This document shows positions 17,807 through 23,841 of a DNA stretch of 41,549 nucleotides, one piece after another. This stretch comes from a virus. A model generated the notes under the pieces. That model had not been told where the DNA came from. It saw nothing but the letters and a program-made list of their open reading frames with translations, and did no database searches. A program made the position numbers and the translations under genes. Every line of letters starts with the position of its first letter. Position 1 is the stretch's first letter. Location: IMG/VR virus record IMGVR_UViG_3300045988_064955; one strand, written 5' to 3'.

Positions 17807-17993
17807 CTCCTAATATCTATATAAAATGGGATGAGTTTACCCCTGCCGCCTTAAAAATCGTTACAATTTGGGGTGCAAAAAAGAGGCCGACCGTTCTTCC
17901 GCTTCGAGAAATGTAACCCCCGATAAAAATGGAGGGGGGTCTGGAGGATTTCAGCCCGTCTGTTCGCCCGATAAATTGTCGAAAATTTGTTTT
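17807..17993. other. Probable cos region (physical genome ends)
   Basis: 187-bp non-coding gap between an HNH gene and terS, the canonical layout for HK97-like cos packaging. It contains a C5 / G6 inverted pair (17917..17921 / 17934..17939) and G-rich GGAGGGGGGTCTGGAGG. Confidence 0.5.
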
Positions 17994-18794
17994 TTAATTT
18001 TTTATTTTCTTGAATTTTGCAAATTTGTTTTCTGATTTCATTTCGTCAAGTTTGTTCATCACTTTGATGAGTTGACTCACATCTCGACCTTGCTTAGACA
18101 GTCTCTGCATGCATGTGTCTCGATCAGTGTCAATGAGTATGTGTTCGACATCTCGACTAGCAAGCAACGAGTCTAGCTTCTCATCTGGATATGTCATGAC
18201 TAACCACACATGGTCGAAGGTCTGCTCTGCTTTAAGCTTCCGCAGTATCAGCTCATAGATTAGCTGCACATACTCATTGGCGTCTATATTTCCCTGATGT
18301 AATGGCAGGCCTGTTAACGCCGTCATGAGATGGTCATAATCATAGACGAGGTCATGCTGTCCTTGATGCCGCTTGACGTATGTTGACTTGCCACTTGCTG
18401 GATAGCCAACGATTACTGTAATCTTCATGGCTCGATGTTGTCCCTTCTTACGCTTGGTTGTCTCACGTCTCGTCTTCCAATAGTGACAGTCCTTGCATAA
18501 AGCCTGCAGATTATCCGCGTTCGTGCGGTCTTCCCAGTCATATTCGCTTGGAACAATATGATCAACCAATGAGGCTTGCAAGCCACAGCGTTGGCATAAA
18601 CTGTTGTCTCTAATCAATATCTGCTCACGCAGCTGCTTCCATTCATTACTGTGATAGAACTTAAGGTAGTCCGACTGCTGCTCATTCCGCACACGGTTGT
18701 ACTGCCTATCTGCCTCCGCCCTAACGCGAGTGTTGGCATCAACTAGCTCGGGTCTGCCATTGATGAATGCTAGCTTCTTACTCGGCATGGGCAT
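17994..18794 (-). CDS. HNH endonuclease (cos-associated type) fused to a C-terminal P-loop NTPase/kinase-like domain
   Basis: N-terminal half: FYHSNEWKQLREQILIRDNSLCQRCG..VDHIVP..NLQALCKDCHYWKT. C-terminal half: Walker A VIVGYPASGKST and Walker B-like VWLVMTYPDE. Confidence 0.8.
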   Translation of the reverse strand: MPMPSKKLAFINGRPELVDANTRVRAEADRQYNRVRNEQQSDYLKFYHSNEWKQLREQILIRDNSLCQRCGLQASLVDHIVPSEYDWEDRTNADNLQALCKDCHYWKTRRETTKRKKGQHRAMKITVIVGYPASGKSTYVKRHQGQHDLVYDYDHLMTALTGLPLHQGNIDANEYVQLIYELILRKLKAEQTFDHVWLVMTYPDEKLDSLLASRDVEHILIDTDRDTCMQRLSKQGRDVSQLIKVMNKLDEMKSENKFAKFKKIKN

Positions 18795-18824
18795 CTCCCG
18801 TATACGATGTGTTAGTCATGCCCA

Positions 18825-18989
18825 TCACTCCTCATGTAATCCGATGACGATTGCCAATCCAATAAACAACACCGGAACAGCAATCATCACTATTAGCTGC
18901 ATGAATACTAGCAGCCAACTCCACGCAATCAAGCCGAATAGCTTGGCCAGCACGAATATTAGTGTGAGCAGTAATAGGAAATTGCACAT
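18825..18989 (-). CDS. Small membrane protein (54 aa), below the track threshold
   Basis: Hand translation gives MCNFLLLLTLIFVLAKLFGLIAWSWLLVFMQLIVMIAVPVLFIGLAIVIGLHEE. GAGAGG lies 9 nt upstream. It fills an otherwise empty gap. Coordinates are hand-derived. Confidence 0.45.
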   Translation of the reverse strand: MCNFLLLLTLIFVLAKLFGLIAWSWLLVFMQLIVMIAVPVLFIGLAIVIGLHEE

Positions 18990-19006
18990 GCTAAATCGCC
19001 TCTCGA

Positions 19007-19330
19007 TTAAGATAATATGATTGTCGAATAGGAACCGATACCGTCAATGCTTATACCAGTAATATCCCATCCTGATTTCGTTAGCAAACTGATTACTTCA
19101 TTAACGACTGCTGGATTGTACTTGGAAACGCTAATTGAGATTGGGGATGTATTACCAATTCCTTGATTAATGGCATCGTTCACATCAGCAATCAGATTGT
19201 CTTTGTATTTCTTAGTTGCAGTGGCACGAGTTGGCAGGCATCCTTCCATTTTTGGTAGCACTGGTGCGGGTGGAGGCAACTGACGGTGAGACAATTCCCT
19301 ACTTTGGCCTTTAGCATTATCGAATAGCAT
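19007..19330 (-). CDS. Hypothetical protein
   Basis: 107-aa ORF in operon context with no motif I recognise. Confidence 0.55.
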   Translation of the reverse strand: MLFDNAKGQSRELSHRQLPPPAPVLPKMEGCLPTRATATKKYKDNLIADVNDAINQGIGNTSPISISVSKYNPAVVNEVISLLTKSGWDITGISIDGIGSYSTIILS

Positions 19331-19332
19331 GT

Positions 19333-19653
19333 CTATTCCTCCGTGTATTGTTTGATCCTGTCAACCCGCAAGTCGCACCATTCATCATGGGTGCCGTCTG
19401 CCTTGTAAACTGTTACGACTGGCATTGATCGGTATCCCAGCTTGCGGAACCGTTCGTAGTCGTCTGCGTCTGCTGTGATGGTTTGCACCGGCATGACACG
19501 TGACAGTTTGAATACTGTTCGCCGACACTTTTGACAGCCAGGCCTTGTGTAGATAATTGCTTGCATGTGTTTCTCTTCTCTCGATAGCGCTTCAATAATC
19601 GCTTGCTCCGTGCGGCTTACATATCCGTAACCGACTCGCTTCATACCTGACAT
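19333..19653 (-). CDS. NrdH/glutaredoxin-like redoxin
   Basis: IIYTRPGCQKCRRT.. carries a CxxC motif, followed by ..MPVVTVY... The thioredoxin-fold core may start at the internal Met (MQAIIY). Confidence 0.7.
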   Translation of the reverse strand: MSGMKRVGYGYVSRTEQAIIEALSREEKHMQAIIYTRPGCQKCRRTVFKLSRVMPVQTITADADDYERFRKLGYRSMPVVTVYKADGTHDEWCDLRVDRIKQYTEE

Positions 19654-19656
19654 GAC

Positions 19657-20187
19657 TTACACCGCCAACTCGAATGTATATCCGTGGCATGTTTTTTGCC
19701 TGCCGTGAAGACATGCCGTTATGTTTTGATAATGTAGACCAAGGAGTCTCGCGGCTTTGCTTACACCGCTAAAGTAATAGCGATGCCCCGAGTTAGTAAC
19801 GACGTAGATTTGTTTTTCCCTTGCTTCAGCCACGCGCTTGATGTGATTTCCGTAATTGTTGTTGTACTTACTGTCGCACCACTCAAGATTTTCAACTCGG
19901 TTGTTGCCTTTGTCCTCGTCTTTGTGATTTACCTGAGGCAGATTGTCTTGGTTCGGTAGAAATGCTTCTGCTACCAAGCGGTGAACCAACATGTATTTCC
20001 TTTTTCCATCTCTACATAGAATAACCTCGCGATAGCCGTTTTTTCTTAGCTTGCTGGAAAGCATTATCCCCTTCCAGCCGCGCCCGTTTCCGTCTACGCG
20101 GTCAAGGCTTCTCACCCTGCCTAAGTTGCTTATCTGATATAGCCCCTCATAGTCCTTAATGTCTTTCCAGATTTCCTTTTCGCTCAT
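19657..20187 (-). CDS. Free-standing HNH homing endonuclease (NUMOD4 + HNH_3 type), copy 1
   Basis: KEIWKDIKDYEGLYQISNLGRVRSLDR (NUMOD4) and LVHRLVAEAF..VNHKDEDKGNNRVENLEW (HNH). The ATG at 20187 follows AGAGGTGA. It is a paralog of 30915..31463. Confidence 0.85.
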   Translation of the reverse strand: MSEKEIWKDIKDYEGLYQISNLGRVRSLDRVDGNGRGWKGIMLSSKLRKNGYREVILCRDGKRKYMLVHRLVAEAFLPNQDNLPQVNHKDEDKGNNRVENLEWCDSKYNNNYGNHIKRVAEAREKQIYVVTNSGHRYYFSGVSKAARLLGLHYQNITACLHGRQKTCHGYTFELAV

Positions 20188-20199
20188 GATAATCACCTC

Positions 20200-21348
20200 T
20201 CAAACGTAATATATGGCTGTCGTATCATGATCCGAATATTCAATTAGCTCAAACGTCTTATGAGCCACAACTCCGAGATCATCTGTCCATTTGTCAGTAG
20301 GCTTTCTCGTGGACATCTGTCTTTGCACAAATCCCCCAAGGTCTTTACTCATTTCTGAATGTAAGTGCCCAGTTATCAGTTCGCGATTCTGTGCTGTGCC
20401 TAACATGAAGCCAAACTCATCTAGATATTTTGCAAGGTAGTTGTTCTTACCCTTGTCTCCGTGAGTAGCGCCAATGAAGTTATGGCCTAACATTGTGCCT
20501 TTGTAATGCTTCAGTGATATATCCCAAGTGATGTTCGACTGGTTGCTGTAGGCACGTTTCAATAGACGTGCAAACATATATCCAACTGACGGATCGTGGT
20601 TACCTGGCGCATACATGACCTCACACTCATTGGCGTTCTTAATGATTGCTTCTATCAGCGTCTCGAAGTATTGTTCCATTTCGTTCACAGTCTCGCCTAG
20701 GTCGGTTGTTTCGAGCTGTGTGCCCTTTGCTGTGGTCGAGTTGATATTATCCACATGAGCAAGATCACCGCCCAGAATAAGCAATACTTTGGCGTAGTGG
20801 CCGCGTTGAATGATCTCTAGCTGACGCTTAAGAGATTCCGCATAGATGTCGAATGTGTGACCGTTGAAATGCGTGTCGAAAGCAGGAATGACCAGATAGC
20901 GATCTGATTCCACAAAAATAGGAGCCTTAGCTTGATACGGCTCCTTGTGTGTGATGATGTCATTCATCAGCGATTCATATTGTTCTGCTTCAACTAACGG
21001 CCTGATTTGTATCTTGCTTTGATACAACGTTGCTTCAGGCGTCTGCTTCCAGAAGTTGCTTGTAGCACGTACAAGCTCCCACTTGGTGTAATCATACCCG
21101 TGAGCTTCCAGAACCTCTCTAGGCGTCATTTTGTGGCCCCTGACAACCTTTAGAATGGTTTCACTGGACTGTGTACCGTCTGAATCGTATTCATTCTTGA
21201 CTGGTTTTTGGAACTCGATGCCAAGCCGTCTTGCTTTACCTTGAAGCGCATCATAGCTAATCCCGAGTTTGTCGGCTGTCTCGCGTCTGGTAAAGCCTTC
21301 AGAGGCGAGCTTCCTAATGTCACCGATCTGTTCATCTGTCCATTGCAT
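20200..21348 (-). CDS. N-terminal HTH domain fused to a calcineurin-like metallophosphoesterase
   Basis: HTH: TRRETADKLGISYDALQGKARRLG. All five MPE motifs occur in order: FDTHFNG, LGGDLAHVD, APGNHD, GATHGD, TGHLHSE. Confidence 0.8.
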   Translation of the reverse strand: MQWTDEQIGDIRKLASEGFTRRETADKLGISYDALQGKARRLGIEFQKPVKNEYDSDGTQSSETILKVVRGHKMTPREVLEAHGYDYTKWELVRATSNFWKQTPEATLYQSKIQIRPLVEAEQYESLMNDIITHKEPYQAKAPIFVESDRYLVIPAFDTHFNGHTFDIYAESLKRQLEIIQRGHYAKVLLILGGDLAHVDNINSTTAKGTQLETTDLGETVNEMEQYFETLIEAIIKNANECEVMYAPGNHDPSVGYMFARLLKRAYSNQSNITWDISLKHYKGTMLGHNFIGATHGDKGKNNYLAKYLDEFGFMLGTAQNRELITGHLHSEMSKDLGGFVQRQMSTRKPTDKWTDDLGVVAHKTFELIEYSDHDTTAIYYV

Positions 21349-21461
21349 CTACTCGCCTCCTGAAATATAATGACCGTGAGCAGTTTGATGACGCTGCTCA
21401 CATTCTCATGAAGAACTTCCCGAGTTCTTAAGCCCTCGGATTAGGCCCCGAAAGCTTTTTT
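21343..21461 (+). ncRNA. Array A unit a: candidate small RNA transcription unit
   Basis: Promoter TTGCAT-N17-TATAAT (21343..21371) overlaps the RBS and start of the - strand gene. Perfect hairpins GTGAGCAG/CTGCTCAC (21376..21401) and AAGAACT/AGTTCTT (21411..21429). An imperfect terminator stem (21430..21457) is followed by a T6 run ending at 21461. Confidence 0.4.
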
Positions 21462-21516
21462 GTTGCTTAAAAAATTTCGATGAGTTAGAATTAAATTGTT
21501 CCCAACAGATACTCAT
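21406..21516 (-). CDS. Possible 36-aa basic peptide (competing explanation for part of array A)
   Basis: AAAGGAGTGAAAATG gives a strong RBS. The product reads MSICWEQFNSNSSKFFKQQKSFRGLIRGLKNSGSSS. It is below the track threshold and overlaps the predicted + strand units. Confidence 0.3.
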   Translation of the reverse strand: MSICWEQFNSNSSKFFKQQKSFRGLIRGLKNSGSSS

Positions 21517-21576
21517 TTTCACTCCTTTGTAATACCCTTTCTTTAGGCTCTCGGCCCCCAACCGAGGGCTATTTTT
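21463..21576 (+). ncRNA. Array A unit b: candidate small RNA transcription unit
   Basis: Promoter TTGCTT-N17-TAGAAT (21463..21491). Terminator stem 21546..21554 / 21562..21570 has 9 bp, two of them G:U that exist only in the + sense. T-run at 21572..21576. An exposed CACUCCUUU lies at 21520..21528. Confidence 0.45.
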
Positions 21577-21712
21577 GTATCTTCTATAAGGAATGTGCTA
21601 ATATATATGCGTGAGTAGTGTCTTTTCTCCTCCAAGTCAACCGCTGCTGCTCACACAAGTATTTCGTTTTTTCATTCTTTTGGCTCTTGGACTGGTCTCT
21701 GAGGGCTTTTTT
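21575..21712 (+). ncRNA. Array A unit c: candidate small RNA transcription unit (paralog of unit a)
   Basis: Promoter TTGTAT-N18-TGcTAATAT (21575..21604). Hairpin GTGAGTAG/CTGCTCAC (21611..21654) has CUCCUCC in its loop (21627..21633). The terminator at 21683..21706 has three G:U pairs that form only in the + sense. T6 run at 21707..21712. Confidence 0.45.
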
Positions 21713-21733
21713 AATCCGATTTATTGCTACATG

Positions 21734-21818
21734 TGTTATACTCTTTTTCGGTACCGTTGTTTCACCTCAGTAAACACCGGTAGCTAGGCCCTCAGTTAAT
21801 CGCTCAGAGGGCCTTTTT
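21734..21818 (+). ncRNA. Array A unit d: candidate small RNA transcription unit
   Basis: Extended -10 TGtTATACT (21734..21742). Hairpin CCGTTGTTT/AAACACCGG (21754..21780). Terminator GGCCCTC/GAGGGCC (21787..21813) is followed by T5 at 21814..21818. Confidence 0.45.
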
Positions 21819-21825
21819 GTTGCAC

Positions 21826-21856
21826 AAAAATAGCACCTCACCGTTTGGCGGAGTGC
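21826..21856 (-). terminator. Rho-independent terminator of the 286-aa orphan gene
   Basis: - sense GCACUCCGCC aaac GGUGAGGUGC uauuuuug. Two G:U pairs form only in the - sense. It lies about 30 nt after the stop at 21889. Confidence 0.6.
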
Positions 21857-21888
21857 TTTAGTAAATAAAAAGATGCCAAAGCGTCATA

Positions 21889-22749
21889 TTAGCTCTCTTG
21901 GTTTGTAGCACTAGATTTCGAAACGGCTGCCTTAAGCATATTCCCAGCATCGGTCGGACGTTCAGCATAAATTAACTCTGAAGGATTATTGGGATTAGCG
22001 TATGGTGGATTCAGCGTTCCCGAAATAAATTCAGCTAACTTATTTGATTCTAAATCAACGATTGCCATCTGGATGCTTGTCTTCTCAATGTTAGAAAAAA
22101 CTGGCACTTTGCTAAATGCGGTTGCTACCCATCCAGTATTGTCTCCCTGCACTCTACCATCTACAGCAATGAATGCTTTTGGTCCTGGAACTAACGGCCA
22201 ATGGTCTGAATTCCGAAGCAGAGTTAGAGCTAGCGGAGAACTTCTGTCTATTAAATTCAAAATGCTCTTGTTCTTAGAAAAAGTGCTTCCCCAATCTTTT
22301 TCATTTGCAAGATTACCCAGATAATCAGACATAATATCTAACATATCATCATCTGATGGAGCATCTGACAGTAGGGAGACTATTTTCGAATAGATACTCA
22401 GTCCGTACGGATTTGTGAGGAGAGAACTCAACCTGTGAAGGCCCTGCTCTTGATCATCGGTCTTTTGTAGATATTCTGCCAAAAGCAAAGTCTTCTTCAT
22501 GTCATCCAAACGGTCTTTTAAATGATCCCCCGTATCCACAAGATCAAGGATCAGATCTCCCCATTTGCCGTTTAAGACGTCTACCGCCAGCTGCTTTCCT
22601 TTCGACTTGGCAGTATCGACCACTGCTGACCTCACATCCTTACTATCAAGCTTTTTCTGCTCTATTCTCTTATCCAAGCTCATTTTCTCAGCATGCAAAA
22701 GATATTCTGGATGCTCAATCATGGCCCGAATTTCCGCTTTCTTGTCCAT
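21889..22749 (-). CDS. Orphan 286-aa protein, own transcription unit (moron-like); function unknown
   Basis: RBS GAGGTGAT lies 5 nt before the ATG, and the gene has its own terminator. It has a helical charged N-terminal half and no motif I recognise. It is flanked by non-coding RNA-like regions on both sides. Confidence 0.7.
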   Translation of the reverse strand: MDKKAEIRAMIEHPEYLLHAEKMSLDKRIEQKKLDSKDVRSAVVDTAKSKGKQLAVDVLNGKWGDLILDLVDTGDHLKDRLDDMKKTLLLAEYLQKTDDQEQGLHRLSSLLTNPYGLSIYSKIVSLLSDAPSDDDMLDIMSDYLGNLANEKDWGSTFSKNKSILNLIDRSSPLALTLLRNSDHWPLVPGPKAFIAVDGRVQGDNTGWVATAFSKVPVFSNIEKTSIQMAIVDLESNKLAEFISGTLNPPYANPNNPSELIYAERPTDAGNMLKAAVSKSSATNQES

Positions 22750-22869
22750 TTCGTATCACCTCACAAAAATAGTACCCCAGCATGAACTGGAATACTACAT
22801 TGAGGTGATTAAGTGAGCACTGCGCAGCCGTTTTCCGCCGGCCAATCTGGTGCACGTTTGATAGCGCAA

Positions 22870-22934
22870 TGTGGCATGCGGGAATCGAACCCGCCTGACT
22901 ATCTCAGCCAGTCCTCATTGCCACGCCTTGCCAC
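22870..22934 (-). other. tRNA-like fragment (canonical T-arm + acceptor 3' strand, anticodon-arm-like hairpin, no D-arm)
   Basis: - sense GTGGCAAggcGTGGCAAtgagGACTGgctgagaTAGTCagGCGGGTTCGATTCCCGCATGCCACa. The T-arm is perfect (GCGGG TTCGATT CCCGC). The acceptor pairs 6 of 7. There is no D-arm, only a 2-nt variable region, and C at position 33. Confidence 0.5.
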
Positions 22935-23036
22935 AGCTTTATCATCACTGAGGCTCGGAGGAAAAATGCGGTGTCTCAGGTTTCTCACCTTTGGCACAAT
23001 ACAATCATATGACGGAAAAGCGTGTTTTTTGTTGCA

Positions 23037-23489
23037 TCATTGTTGCACGGATGTTGCAACTAGTTTCACTAGCGGACATATTTCAGCAAAAGCATAGAGA
23101 GCTTCTTGTGTTTGTCGCCAAAGGGTCGTTCGGTCAACATGCAAGTGAGCGGCTAACTGAAGGCTGGATTTACGTGTCGTCTTTGGAGTCAGATAGCTCT
23201 CAACTAAGATGATGCGGTAGTCTTCATTCTCTATAGATTCAATAGCACCTTCACAGCACGCTATATAGTACAGCTCGTCAGCGTGCGATACGAGCTTGTC
23301 CTCGGCTTTATTTCCATAGCTGGGTGACTTGGGCATGCCGTCCATCACGGGGCTTCTGAGCGCTATTTTGGTGCGTTGAGCGAGCCGCTTGTGATGCCAG
23401 TAGTTCCCCAAGACCTCTTTGGCGTTTTCAATTGTTTTGTCATGATCAATTGGGCTAAAATATCTCGTTGCTCGCACCACTGCGTCCAC
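23037..23489 (-). CDS. arpU: ArpU-family late transcription regulator
   Basis: ..IDHDKTIENAKEVLGNYWHHKRLAQR.. plus a C-terminal sigma-r4-like ..LAAHLHVDRTTLWRQTQEALYAFAE. It sits at the early/late boundary. The real start is probably the GTG at 23480, 8 nt after AGGAG. Confidence 0.75.
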   Translation of the reverse strand: MDAVVRATRYFSPIDHDKTIENAKEVLGNYWHHKRLAQRTKIALRSPVMDGMPKSPSYGNKAEDKLVSHADELYYIACCEGAIESIENEDYRIILVESYLTPKTTRKSSLQLAAHLHVDRTTLWRQTQEALYAFAEICPLVKLVATSVQQ

Positions 23490-23495
23490 TCCTTA

Positions 23496-23560
23496 TGGTA
23501 TAATTAAATTTGTAAAAGTTTGGGGAAACGGCGTGCCGTAATGGTGCGCTTTTGTTTTTT
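23496..23560 (+). ncRNA. Array B unit 1: candidate small RNA transcription unit
   Basis: Consensus extended -10 TGgTATAAT (23496..23504) abuts the arpU RBS on the opposite strand. Terminator GCGTGCC/GGTGCGC (23531..23549) has two G:U pairs that form only in the + sense. T-rich run at 23550..23560. Confidence 0.45.
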
Positions 23561-23561
23561 G

Positions 23562-23630
23562 TGATATACTTGCTGTTCAAATAATTCGATTTGATAGACT
23601 GAGTCGTCCTGTTAATCCGGGGCGACTTTT
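23562..23630 (+). ncRNA. Array B unit 2: candidate small RNA transcription unit
   Basis: Extended -10 TGaTATACT (23562..23570). Terminator GTCGTCC/GGGGCGAC (23603..23626) has one G:U that forms only in the + sense. T4 run at 23627..23630. Confidence 0.4.
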
Positions 23631-23735
23631 GCTATACTACCTTTGGAGATGCTTTCTTATGCGTGTTAACCTTATAAGTTGGGGAACAATCTGATTCAAG
23701 CATCTCCCGCGCGTTGCTTATGTGACGCGCTTTTT
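23630..23735 (+). ncRNA. Array B unit 3: candidate small RNA transcription unit
   Basis: Extended -10 TGcTATACT (23630..23638). A perfect 10-bp stem GGAGATGCTT/AAGCATCTCC (23645..23707) encloses a 43-nt loop. Terminator GCGCGT/ACGCGC (23709..23730) is followed by T5. Confidence 0.45.
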
Positions 23736-23833
23736 GGTATACTGTATACGGAGGCCAAATCCTAATCTTTTATTTAATTCACTCTCAATCGTACGTCTGG
23801 CCTCCGGCGCGTCCTTCACCAGACGCGCTTTTT
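23735..23833 (+). ncRNA. Array B unit 4: candidate small RNA transcription unit (paralog of unit 3)
   Basis: Extended -10 TGgTATACT (23735..23743). A perfect 8-bp stem GGAGGCCA/TGGCCTCC (23750..23805) encloses a 40-nt loop. Terminator GCGCGTC/GACGCGC (23807..23828) is followed by T5. Confidence 0.45.
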
Positions 23834-23841
23834 GTTTACAA

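Noticed and set aside
21150-21401. 83-aa - strand ORF overlapping the 5' end of the HTH-phosphoesterase gene
   Set aside because: It is an alternative frame of a well-supported gene, and its start lies in the non-coding array with no RBS.
21805-21819. The 15-mer CAGAGGGCCTTTTTG shared with 38442..38456 as a mobile-element or recombination signature
   Set aside because: Both copies are the 3' arm plus T-run of terminators. Related GAGGGC(C)-T-run arms occur in other terminators here, so it probably reflects a favoured terminator design rather than a repeat element.
22870-22934. A complete phage-encoded tRNA gene
   Set aside because: I could not build a D-arm. The variable region would be 2 nt and position 33 is C. 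Only the T-arm and acceptor are canonical, so I report it as a fragment or mimic pending tRNAscan-SE.
22813-23097. 94-aa + strand ORF spanning the tRNA-like fragment
   Set aside because: It runs antisense through the T-arm sequence and into arpU. It starts at a GTG with no RBS, and its product is Ser/Leu/Cys-rich. The RNA-level explanation fits better.
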